From a virus (Duplodnaviria; Caudoviricetes): a stretch of DNA of 53,207 nucleotides. Numbering within the stretch: the stretch's first letter is position 1; every line of letters starts with the position of its first letter. Shown piece after piece: positions 18,500-26,326 of the stretch. Below the pieces are notes generated by a model. That model saw only the letters and a list, made by a program, of their open reading frames with translations. It was not told the origin of the DNA and made no database searches. Where the stretch lies: the IMG/VR virus record IMGVR_UViG_3300028121_000007, positions 1-53,207 of that record. The stretch is one strand, 5' to 3'. A program made the position numbers and the translations under genes.

Positions 18500-19039
18500 T
18501 CAACCCCACACCGCACAAAGCGGAAAAGCCGCGCGGCTTTGCGCCACAGCCGCTTCAACCAAGCGCACCAGCGGCACCGGCTTGGCTCTTGATTTGCGAT
18601 TTGGCCTTGGCCTTGGTGCCGGCTTGGATTCGGGCTTGTGCAGGCGCTTTTTCGCAGCCGCTTTGAGCCTTTGCTCCTTTTCCCAGACGCGCGACAGTGG
18701 CGGCTTCTTGGCGTCTCGCCCAGGGCCGGCAACATATGTCGGGTCTGGCCTGCCCTTGAGTTTGCGGTAGCTGCCAATATGCACCTTGCCCTCGGCCCGC
18801 AAGAGCCTTTGGCAGCGGTACACCGTGGCTTCGCACAAGCCAGTGACGGCCCTGATGTGCTTGCGGTCGCCGGGCAGAGCGGCGAGAAACAGCGTGCTTG
18901 GCGGAATGGCGCGTGGGCCATTGGCGAATACCGCCTTGCCTCTGGCGAGCTTGCAATGCTTGCAAGTGCCAAAAGAGTAGCGCTCTGAGGTGCCACAAAC
19001 CTTGCAGGGCTTGGCGGGGGTGTATGTCGTGGCGGTCAT
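18500..19039 (-). CDS. Basic protein with Zn-finger and HTH-like segment
   Basis: CKVCG...CKHC; very Lys/Arg-rich. Confidence 0.6.
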   Translation of the reverse strand: MTATTYTPAKPCKVCGTSERYSFGTCKHCKLARGKAVFANGPRAIPPSTLFLAALPGDRKHIRAVTGLCEATVYRCQRLLRAEGKVHIGSYRKLKGRPDPTYVAGPGRDAKKPPLSRVWEKEQRLKAAAKKRLHKPESKPAPRPRPNRKSRAKPVPLVRLVEAAVAQSRAAFPLCAVWG

Positions 19040-19530
19040 GCTTCAGCTCCTGCTTGACCAAAATGAACCCAGCCGCGTTTGCCGGTCAGCCTTTTGATCG
19101 GGTGCTTATCGCAAATGGCGTCAATGAATTTGCGCGCATCGCTCAGTTCGCCTGCTTCGTCGTCAAAGTCGGGCATGCAGTTGCTGCCAGTGATGCGGTA
19201 AACCCTCCAACCCATCACCTCCAGCTGCGCATCGCGCTCGCCATCTTTGGCTTTATCCAGGTGGAAAGCATGGCCATCGCATTCAATCGCCACTTTGGCG
19301 ACCGGGTTGCCAAAATCCACAAAAAACCGACCAACCGGATATTGCGGGTACATGACGACATTGGCAGCGCGAATATCTGCCCACAACCATTCCTCGATGG
19401 GCGTCATGGAAAGCATCCCCGGCACATCGCACCAGGTGTAGGCGGGCATGCCCCATTCGTTTGCAGGTTCGTTGAAGATTTCAGCTTCGTGGCGCTTGTA
19501 AAAAGCGCGGATGGTGTTCCAGTTGTTCAT
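19036..19530 (-). CDS. DUF559/Vsr-like endonuclease
   Basis: TPIEEWLW...QYPVGRFFVDF...AIECDGHAFH...RD..LEVMGWRVYRI. Confidence 0.85.
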   Translation of the reverse strand: MNNWNTIRAFYKRHEAEIFNEPANEWGMPAYTWCDVPGMLSMTPIEEWLWADIRAANVVMYPQYPVGRFFVDFGNPVAKVAIECDGHAFHLDKAKDGERDAQLEVMGWRVYRITGSNCMPDFDDEAGELSDARKFIDAICDKHPIKRLTGKRGWVHFGQAGAEA

Positions 19531-20885
19531 TAATCCATCCCCCGGCTTGTTGATTTACCCATGCTGCGTGTCGGCACTTCCCCGCTCCAGTCGCTGATCT
19601 GCTGGTACTGGCCAACGAAGTTCATTGGCACAACACCTGTCCCGCCGTTGCGGTGTGCGACGATTTCCAGCTGCGAAAAGCCTTTGAAGTTGTCAGTTTT
19701 GGCGCTCATTGGATGGGCGTGGTCAGTGAACAACAAAGCGATCTGGTCAGCAGCAGCCTCAATGGCGCCCGAGTCGCGCAAATAGGTCATGGTTGGATGG
19801 TGGTAGGACTCGTCAGCCTTGCGACTCATTTGCGACAGCACCACAACGGCGATTTGTAAATCCATCGCCAGCGCCTTCAAGCCGTTTGAAATCACATCCA
19901 GCTCGCGGTTGCGGTTGTCCTCACCGGCCCCTTGCATGAGCTGCAAAAAGTCCACAAACAGCACATCAAGCCCGTGCTGGCGCTTAACCTGTACCGCCTT
20001 GCGGCGAATGTCCATCAAGCTCTGTGCGCTCTGGTCGTCATGCACCAGATTCAGCCGGCCCAGTTGTTCAGCCGCATCACTCACGCGGGACCACATGCCT
20101 TGGTCGCTGGCATCGGCGCGCAGAATGCGGCCCAGGTCAACAGACCCCATGGCGGCCGTGTGGCGGTGCATGAGCTGCATGATGGGCATTTCCTGGCTGA
20201 TGAACAGCACGGCATAGTCGCGGGCCATGTTGCGTGCCATTTGCAGCGAGACAGCCGTCTTCCCATGCTTTGGACGGGCGCCAATGACCATCATTTCACC
20301 CCGGCGCATCCCGCCATTGAGTAATTTGTCCAGGCCGTTGATGCCGGTGGAAATCGCCGGGTTTTTGCCTTCACTCAAGTCCGTCAGCAGCGCGAGGTAA
20401 TCGGCCAGTGATGCATTGATGTGTTGCGGCTCGCGTTTGCTTTTGACAGTTGCCAATTTGGCCAGCAGCATTTGCGCCGCGTCAATCTGTTCAGCGGCCG
20501 TGCCGGGCTGCATGGCCAGATCGTTGATTTCAGCAGCCGCCTTCATGAGCGCGCGGCTTTGATGCTTGCCTTTGACGATTTCGGCATAGCGGCGCAAGTT
20601 GCTGGCGCTGGGCACGAATTGCGCCAGGGCGTGTAAGTCGGCCAGCGATTGCGGTTTGCCGGTCTGTTGTAGTTGTTCAAACACCGTGACGATGTCAGCG
20701 GGCTTGCCGGTAGCCGCCAGCGATTGAATCGCGCGGAAAACATCGGCGTAACGTTCAGTGTAGAAATCATCCGCCGTCAGGTCAGGCACGCGGTGCAGGG
20801 CTTCGTTGTCCAGCAGCAGTGCGCTCAGAACACTGGCTTCGGCTTCTGCGCTGTAAGGCGCGGTAAGAAATTGATCTGTTTTCAT
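19530..20885 (-). CDS. dnaB: Replicative DNA helicase (DnaB family)
   Basis: AEASVL, GARPKHGKT Walker A, VDFLQLM, LSQMSR, LRDSGAIEAAAD, HRNGGTG. Confidence 0.95.
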   Translation of the reverse strand: MKTDQFLTAPYSAEAEASVLSALLLDNEALHRVPDLTADDFYTERYADVFRAIQSLAATGKPADIVTVFEQLQQTGKPQSLADLHALAQFVPSASNLRRYAEIVKGKHQSRALMKAAAEINDLAMQPGTAAEQIDAAQMLLAKLATVKSKREPQHINASLADYLALLTDLSEGKNPAISTGINGLDKLLNGGMRRGEMMVIGARPKHGKTAVSLQMARNMARDYAVLFISQEMPIMQLMHRHTAAMGSVDLGRILRADASDQGMWSRVSDAAEQLGRLNLVHDDQSAQSLMDIRRKAVQVKRQHGLDVLFVDFLQLMQGAGEDNRNRELDVISNGLKALAMDLQIAVVVLSQMSRKADESYHHPTMTYLRDSGAIEAAADQIALLFTDHAHPMSAKTDNFKGFSQLEIVAHRNGGTGVVPMNFVGQYQQISDWSGEVPTRSMGKSTSRGMD

Positions 20886-21670
20886 GCCGCGCCTTTGTTT
20901 TCATAGTTGCCGGAAAGGACTTTGGCGAAGTTGTCAGCTTTCACCAGCCAGCCAAGATCACAGGCTGAAAACTTGTCGTTGCGCCCGGTCAGGAAATCGG
21001 ACTTGCTGACATAGGTGAAGTAGCGGTCAAACCACGCCAAGCCTTCAGCCGCAGTAGTTGCCATGCGCGTTCCTGCACGCTCGCCTGTTTCGTAGCACTC
21101 GGTCATCACCCAGCGCCAGCGGGCACGCATCGCAGCTTCATTCTTTCCAGAGCGCCACAGACTTTTCCTTGGTTGTGGCAAAGCTGCAAGGTTCTTTGCG
21201 TAAAGGTCAATCAGGGATTCGTGAGGGCATGGCGGCAGCGAAGCTGACGAAAGATTGGACTGTTCATTGGATTGTTCAATGGACTGTTCTGTGCGTGTAG
21301 CCGATTCGGCTATGGCTCTGGTAGCCGAATCGGCTATTCCGCGTGTAGCCGATTCGGCTACGGTAGCCGATTCGGCTATGGTTTTAAGCTCAAGGTCTGG
21401 TGTGGTCAGTGTGTAGCGCGTGGACTTTGAGAACCCACCCAAACCTTCTTTTGTCAGCCATCCAAGTTTTGCCAGCGCCGTGGTGGCCTCGCTGATATTG
21501 GATGGGTGCACGCAGGTTCGTTCAGCAATGGCTGCACGCGAAGGCCAAACGGTATTGGTGGTCTTGTTCCTGAACGAAAAAAGAGCCACCAGCACGCGCA
21601 CCTGTTCAAGCGTCAGGCGCTTGTCTTGGATGACTTCAAGCGGGACGACAGAGAATTCATTGCCATTCAT
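20882..21670 (-). CDS. Lytic replication initiator (lambda O-like, HTH N-terminus)
   Basis: WPSRAAIAER HTH; internal AESAT repeats (iterons); C-terminal SDFLTGR...DLGWL...NFAKVLSGNY; upstream of DnaB. Confidence 0.85.
   Translation of the reverse strand: MNGNEFSVVPLEVIQDKRLTLEQVRVLVALFSFRNKTTNTVWPSRAAIAERTCVHPSNISEATTALAKLGWLTKEGLGGFSKSTRYTLTTPDLELKTIAESATVAESATRGIADSATRAIAESATRTEQSIEQSNEQSNLSSASLPPCPHESLIDLYAKNLAALPQPRKSLWRSGKNEAAMRARWRWVMTECYETGERAGTRMATTAAEGLAWFDRYFTYVSKSDFLTGRNDKFSACDLGWLVKADNFAKVLSGNYENKGAA
21297..21378. repeat. Lytic origin: four palindromic iterons GTAGCCGAWTCGGCTA inside the initiator gene
   Basis: Copies at 21297, 21321, 21345 and 21363; adjacent 12-bp TGGAYTGTTC repeats at about 21256-21290. 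Confidence 0.85.
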
Positions 21671-21864
21671 GACAAGCCCCTTTCAATTTCGAGTTGCTTG
21701 ACGTGTGCGGGCGTGCGCTGGGTAATGGCGGCTTCCATGAGCAACCGGTAGCCGTCAGCACTGCCACGGGCCGCAAAGCAGCCTGTGTGCACATAGACGG
21801 CGTGGTGCAACTCCATTTTTTCGCCCAGGCGCTTGATATGCGCTTCGTGTTCGGCGGCGGTCAT
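21667..21864 (-). CDS. Hypothetical protein
   Basis: ATGA-coupled at both ends; ends LEIERGLS. Confidence 0.6.
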   Translation of the reverse strand: MTAAEHEAHIKRLGEKMELHHAVYVHTGCFAARGSADGYRLLMEAAITQRTPAHVKQLEIERGLS

Positions 21865-22172
21865 GCTGCGCCTCTGTTGCTGAAAATGGATTTGCCCTTG
21901 TGAATCTTTTGGGTGAAGTGGCTCACCGGCTGGAAGCAATAGAAGGAGCGAATTTTTGGGTTTGGCTCAGTGAAGAAGATTTCAGCAGCACGCCATTCAA
22001 TGAATGCCGGATAGCGCTTCTTGTGCGCCCGCAGCTTCTGTATGAACCGCTGCGCCATCCATCGCTCATCCGGAGCCTCGCACGCCTTTACGATGGCCCA
22101 TTCCCATTCTGGAAATTCAGGGCTGATTTCTGGCGCGGCCAGATGCTTTGTAATTTCAGTGATGTCGTGCAT
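21861..22172 (-). CDS. Hypothetical protein
   Basis: ORF in the early-right operon, coupled to the downstream gene. Confidence 0.55.
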   Translation of the reverse strand: MHDITEITKHLAAPEISPEFPEWEWAIVKACEAPDERWMAQRFIQKLRAHKKRYPAFIEWRAAEIFFTEPNPKIRSFYCFQPVSHFTQKIHKGKSIFSNRGAA

Positions 22173-22198
22173 AATTTGCCTATTGATGTTGAGAACAC

Positions 22199-22238
22199 GA
22201 CCCGGAGCAGTTAGCGCTGTTGCCGGGTTTCTTTTTTG
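22199..22238 (+). terminator. Plus-strand terminator antisense to the early-right operon (oop-like)
   Basis: CCCGGAGCAG-TTAGCG-CTGTTGCCGGG followed by TTTCTTTTTT. Confidence 0.6.
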
Positions 22239-22267
22239 CGGCTGATAACAGGCACAGCCGCATTGCC

Positions 22268-22417
22268 TTAAATCGTCCTGAACGCAACGCCAGCCGTTTT
22301 GCAGTTCAATTTGTCAGTGCCAGCGCCCACAGGAGCCGACCAGCGCATACCCAGCAAGGCAGCGGTGCGTTGTGCTGCCGTCAACGGGCTTCGCGGGAGG
22401 TTCTTAGCGCGCTTCAT
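22268..22417 (-). CDS. Small 49-aa ORF
   Basis: ATGA-coupled to the upstream 37-aa ORF; MKRAKNLPRSPLTAAQR... Confidence 0.4.
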   Translation of the reverse strand: MKRAKNLPRSPLTAAQRTAALLGMRWSAPVGAGTDKLNCKTAGVAFRTI

Positions 22418-22527
22418 GTCGCCAGCACCGGCAGGTATTGCTCAACAATCAAAAACTTCTCGCTGACCGCAAAAACGTCAGGAGCAGCAGCGCACATTTC
22501 GGCAATGTTGATTTTTTCGGGTTGCAT
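22414..22527 (-). CDS. Small 37-aa ORF at the cII position
   Basis: AAGGA RBS; MQPEKINIAEMCAAAPDVFAVSEKFLIVEQYLPVLAT. Confidence 0.5.
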   Translation of the reverse strand: MQPEKINIAEMCAAAPDVFAVSEKFLIVEQYLPVLAT

Positions 22528-22621
22528 GAAATTCCTTGGGTTTGTTGTTAATTCGTTACAGGCAGGGTTATTTGTTTGTTTGTGTGTTTTATTTACAAAA
22601 ATCCATCACAATCAGGGCATG

Positions 22622-22846
22622 TCAAATCACATCGTCAATCACGGGAGAATTCAGAGCAGCTTTCGCAGCCTTGCGGATGTGCTTGCCGTACTTTTCCGTG
22701 AGAGCCATACGCCAAGCGGGAGACAAGTTCTGTCGCTTGCGCCACATGCTGACCGTGGGTTGGTTGACACCGAGCGCCCGCGCAAGTCGGGAAACCCCAC
22801 GTTCATAAGCAATGGCGGCATCTAATATGTCCATAGAATTGTTCAT
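22622..22846 (-). CDS. cro: Cro-like repressor
   Basis: GVSRLARALGVNQPTVSMWR HTH; divergent from cI. Confidence 0.85.
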   Translation of the reverse strand: MNNSMDILDAAIAYERGVSRLARALGVNQPTVSMWRKRQNLSPAWRMALTEKYGKHIRKAAKAALNSPVIDDVI

Positions 22847-22852
22847 GACTCC

Positions 22853-22871
22853 ATTGTATCACTTCAGTGAT
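22853..22871 (-). promoter_or_regulatory. PR-like extended -10 (TG-A-TACAAT) overlapped by operator ATCACT-TC-AGTGAT
   Basis: 14-bp palindrome at 22858-22871; the same operator recurs at 23875. Confidence 0.8.
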
Positions 22872-22928
22872 TCTGCGGAGCGCAGCGAAACTACCAAAGA
22901 AATTTTTAATTGTGATTTACTCAAAAAC

Positions 22929-23396
22929 ATGAGTGAAAACATTGGCAAGCGTCTGGCCCGCTTACGCAGGGCCGCCGATTTGATGCAAAAAGCATTAGGC
23001 GCACAAGTCAAAATGTCGCAAGGCGCTATTGGCAACATCGAAACCGGGACGCGCGGCTATGGCGACAGCGTTGTCGCTATCGCTACTGCATTGAAAACTT
23101 CTCCCGAATACCTGCTTGCCACCACGGAAGACCCGACGCCGCGCCTGCAGATCGTGCCTGTTGCCACGAATGCACAAACAGAGCTGACATTCAAGCCGAC
23201 CGAAGAATTACCCGCCGCCTTGACGCCCGAAGCGCAGCACCTGGCACGCTGGTTTGACCGCCTGCCAGCCGACTCACTGGCCAAGCTCAAAGTTACTCAG
23301 GCGTGCCTGCAGTTGATTTCGAGCGAATTGCAGCAAGAGAACCCGCCATCGCATACGCCAGTGGCAGCTGCGACGACAAAAAAACAATCCGCATAA
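22929..23396 (+). CDS. cI: CI-like repressor (XRE HTH, no S24 peptidase domain)
   Basis: IGKRLARLRRAADLMQKALGAQVKMSQGAIGNIETG; C-terminus is short and helical, with no Ser-Lys dyad motifs. Confidence 0.8.
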   Translation: MSENIGKRLARLRRAADLMQKALGAQVKMSQGAIGNIETGTRGYGDSVVAIATALKTSPEYLLATTEDPTPRLQIVPVATNAQTELTFKPTEELPAALTPEAQHLARWFDRLPADSLAKLKVTQACLQLISSELQQENPPSHTPVAAATTKKQSA

Positions 23397-23751
23397 CGCC
23401 GATTTCGGCCATTTCGCGGGCGTGGCGCTCCCACGCATCCCGCTGATCGAGCGACACCACCAGACAGCCCGGCGCAGTATTGCCTGCATACATCACGTGC
23501 GGGTTGTCGGGCATGTCAATAGAAATCACCAGCGCGGTATCCACCCGTATCACCAGACTATCGGCCCCTTGCGTGGCCTGTAGTGCTTGCGCGCGCAACG
23601 CATAAAACGCTGAACGCGACAGCGCCCCCTTGTAACTTATTTCCGCCGTGTTGCGTGTGGGCCAGCTGACCCGCGCCGAGGCGGAGTGCTGTGTGAACGT
23701 CTGTGCGCAGGGGTAGCGATCATTCGTCTGCTCAATGTGGGCCGCGTGCAT
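23293..23751 (-). CDS. Putative STAS/SpoIIAA-like protein, convergent with and overlapping cI
   Basis: Pattern ISYKGAL-helix-LVIRVD...GCLVV-helix-GVMRIVF..LPLAYAM; weak RBS. Confidence 0.45.
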   Translation of the reverse strand: MHAAHIEQTNDRYPCAQTFTQHSASARVSWPTRNTAEISYKGALSRSAFYALRAQALQATQGADSLVIRVDTALVISIDMPDNPHVMYAGNTAPGCLVVSLDQRDAWERHAREMAEIGVMRIVFLSSQLPLAYAMAGSLAAIRSKSTAGTPE

Positions 23752-23862
23752 TTCTTGGTCAGTCGTTAAATTGTTAATTTACACGATTTTCCACGCTTTA
23801 CCGGGTAGGTAGATTCCCGCGAAGAGCTTAATGTAATTCTTTAGAAATTATTTAAAAGATTC

Positions 23863-23893
23863 TTGCGCGCGCTAATCACTTTAGTGATAAACT
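23863..23893 (+). promoter_or_regulatory. PL-like promoter (extended -10 TG-A-TAAACT) with operator ATCACT-TT-AGTGAT
   Basis: Palindrome at 23875-23888; AT-rich UP-like region upstream. Confidence 0.8.
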
Positions 23894-23932
23894 ACAGCCA
23901 TGCCAGAAACCCAACCACCAAAAGGAATCTCC

Positions 23933-24607
23933 ATGAAGCTCGCAAAACTCTCAATCGTCGCCGTGGCCCTTGCTGCCCTGTCAGCGCACGCCACTGGCTT
24001 GAACCAGAACGGCAACAGCAACGCCGGCAACGTCCAAGCGCCACCTCCTGCGAATCAGGGTCCGACGACAAACAACGGCATTGGCATCGGCGTGCAGTCC
24101 AGCGCAGCCGGCACCGGAATCGCTACAGCCAAAGGCGGCAAGGCCAGCGCAAAGGGCGGCAACGCAGCGCAGCGCCAAGCGCAGGCACAGCGCCTGAACA
24201 ACGCAGGCAATTCAAGCGTGCAAGTGACCGGCGACACCTATGAGCAGCGCCGCACCCCTGTCAGCACGGCCTTTGCAGCCGGTTTAGTGGCCTCCTATGG
24301 AACGTGTCTTGGCTCTGCCAGTGGAGGCGTCCAAGGCGCGGCAATCGGCCTGTCGTTCGGCACAACCACGATGGATCAAGGTTGCCACCTGATTCGCCGC
24401 ATGAATGCCTTGATCGTCATGGGCATGCCGCAAGCCGCCCTGACGCTGGCCTGTATTGAAGACGACGCGATGTACACCGCAATCCGCACGGCTGGCTACT
24501 ACTGCGCTGAGTCCGACCGGCCTGCTGCAGTTGTCACGCCCATCCCTGTCGCCAATCTTTCGCCTGTCGCGTTCATCCCGCGTGGCGCCCGCAACGACCG
24601 TAACTAG
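23933..24607 (+). CDS. Exported Cys-containing protein, first gene of the early-left operon
   Basis: AAAGGA RBS; signal peptide MKLAKLSIVAVALAALSAHA; low-complexity linker; TCLGSASGG..GLSFG...C...C...C domain. Confidence 0.8.
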   Translation: MKLAKLSIVAVALAALSAHATGLNQNGNSNAGNVQAPPPANQGPTTNNGIGIGVQSSAAGTGIATAKGGKASAKGGNAAQRQAQAQRLNNAGNSSVQVTGDTYEQRRTPVSTAFAAGLVASYGTCLGSASGGVQGAAIGLSFGTTTMDQGCHLIRRMNALIVMGMPQAALTLACIEDDAMYTAIRTAGYYCAESDRPAAVVTPIPVANLSPVAFIPRGARNDRN

Positions 24608-24616
24608 GAGAACGCC

Positions 24617-24982
24617 ATGCAACTCACCTTCACCCCTGAAGCCGAGAACACCCTGGCCGCCGTCATCGACTGCCTCAAATCCGTGGCGATGTACGGCGCC
24701 AATCCCTACATCGCGCGAGAAAAGCAGCTCCTGGCGATTCGCCTTGTGGATCTGCTGATCGAGTCCAACGCCGATGACAGCGGCTTGACCGCGATGAATG
24801 CCGAAGTCGAAGCGCGCAAGGCGGATGTTGACGGCCAGTACGCAGAAGAAAACGAACAGCGGGCGATTGCGTCGGATCGGCATTGCGACGCGAACAAAGC
24901 GCAGGCCGCTTATCTGAAGCAGGCGCTGGCGGCCATCAAGATGGATTTACAGGCAACACAAGTTGAGGAGTTCCGGGCATGA
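24617..24982 (+). CDS. Hypothetical protein
   Basis: AGGAG RBS, within operon. Confidence 0.7.
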   Translation: MQLTFTPEAENTLAAVIDCLKSVAMYGANPYIAREKQLLAIRLVDLLIESNADDSGLTAMNAEVEARKADVDGQYAEENEQRAIASDRHCDANKAQAAYLKQALAAIKMDLQATQVEEFRA

Positions 24983-25275
24983 AAACAGTTATCAAAGGCT
25001 TCATCGTCCACCAGCAGTGGGCATGGGAAGAAAAGGGCGAAATCACTTTCCGCACTTATGACCCACGGCTTGCAACGGGCAAAGAGACACACCGGGTTGT
25101 GGCAGTCATCCAGGAGCATGAGTTCGAAGTCGAAACACCTGACGACTTCGACCCCCGCCCGCAGCAAGTGCAAGCGCTGGAAAAGGAAATGCAGAAAGTC
25201 CGCGCTGACTTTGCGGCCCGTGTGACTGAGATTGAGCGGCAAATATCAACACTTACCTGTTTGGAGGCTGCATGA
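24979..25275 (+). CDS. Hypothetical protein
   Basis: Coupled; PDDFDPRPQQVQALE coiled-coil phage family. Confidence 0.7.
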   Translation: MKTVIKGFIVHQQWAWEEKGEITFRTYDPRLATGKETHRVVAVIQEHEFEVETPDDFDPRPQQVQALEKEMQKVRADFAARVTEIERQISTLTCLEAA

Positions 25276-25589
25276 GTGCTAACCACACACCGGGGCCATG
25301 GTCGGTAGGCATCGCAGACTGGACAGACGCCGGGAACGCCCGCTACGAACTGCGCGGAATTAAAACAGTTTCAGCGCCGGATGCGCGACTGATCGAAAGC
25401 GCCCCTGACCTGCTGGCAGAGCGTGACCGGCTCAAGGCGGCGAATGCTGAGCTGGTGGAAGTTCTGCAGGCCATTGAAGTGTCGCTCGGCGTCCTGCGCA
25501 TTCCAGCCGCCGAAGTGCTGGACGAAAACAGCCCGATCCGTGACGCACTCCGCGCCGCCCTGGCACAACACGACAAGGAAACAGCATGA
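25272..25589 (+). CDS. Hypothetical protein (HTPGPW family)
   Basis: HTPGPW...DARLIESAPDLL. Confidence 0.75.
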   Translation: MSANHTPGPWSVGIADWTDAGNARYELRGIKTVSAPDARLIESAPDLLAERDRLKAANAELVEVLQAIEVSLGVLRIPAAEVLDENSPIRDALRAALAQHDKETA

Positions 25590-25888
25590 ACGCCATCACA
25601 AGCCACCGCCGCGCCATGTGCCGCATGAGTGCCCCGACTGCAAGCACGCTGGTCCGCATGAGCGACCGGGTTGCAAAAATGGAAACGACGCTGAGCGGAA
25701 TCCGCATCGGCTCTGCCACGATTCAGCGCCAGCGCATCGAGGCCACGCCCGACGCTGACAAGCTCCAGGCCGCGCTGCTGACCAAGGCGGACGTGGCTGA
25801 CCGCTATGTCGGCTGGACATTGGCTGGATCTGGGCTGGCTGTCGCTGTCATGGCGGTGATGGGCTGGTTGCCGGGAGCGGGTGCATGA
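25586..25888 (+). CDS. Hypothetical protein with C-terminal TM helix
   Basis: Coupled; hydrophobic C-terminus. Confidence 0.6.
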   Translation: MNAITSHRRAMCRMSAPTASTLVRMSDRVAKMETTLSGIRIGSATIQRQRIEATPDADKLQAALLTKADVADRYVGWTLAGSGLAVAVMAVMGWLPGAGA

Positions 25889-26187
25889 AAGCCCTTCCCA
25901 CCTGCTGCGAATACCACCACAAGACCGATTGCAACCAGGGCCGCAACTGCCCCGCCCGCAAGCCCACATGCGCCATTACTGCTTTTTATGCCGAGTGCGA
26001 GGGCGTCATGCCGATGGTCACGGGCTGCAGCGTCAAAGCCCTGCCCGACCCATCGCGCCAGCCGCTGCCCAAGATCAATATGCCGCTGGACCCTGCGGAA
26101 TCTGCGCTGCTGTGGCTGGTGTCGGTTGGCATCGCCGGGATTTCTTTTTACATCGTCGTCTGCTTTTTGCAATTTATTGGAGGTTGA
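25885..26187 (+). CDS. Cys-rich hypothetical membrane protein
   Basis: CNQGRNCPAR motif; C-terminal TM helix. Confidence 0.65.
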   Translation: MKALPTCCEYHHKTDCNQGRNCPARKPTCAITAFYAECEGVMPMVTGCSVKALPDPSRQPLPKINMPLDPAESALLWLVSVGIAGISFYIVVCFLQFIGG

Positions 26188-26189
26188 CC

Positions 26190-26300
26190 ATGAACCCATT
26201 TTTTCGCTTTGAGCTGGGGCGCTGCCTGCGCTCTGGCATGACCTTGCGCGAGGCGCGGCTGGCTGCGCTGGCTTATGCGCGTGAGCCGCTTCCTTTTTAA
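26190..26300 (+). CDS. Small 36-aa protein
   Basis: GGAGG RBS; MNPFFRFELGRCLRSGMTLREAR... Confidence 0.55.
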   Translation: MNPFFRFELGRCLRSGMTLREARLAALAYAREPLPF

Positions 26301-26326
26301 CGCTTTATCAACCACTGGAGAATGAA

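Noticed and set aside
18499-18996. N-terminal extension of the 311-aa ORF 18061..18996
   Set aside because: Overlaps the 18500..19039 gene; recognisable family sequence begins at ATG 18498
22220-22825. 201-aa plus-strand ORF as a possible cII or regulator
   Set aside because: Antisense to cro and the small ORFs; no motif
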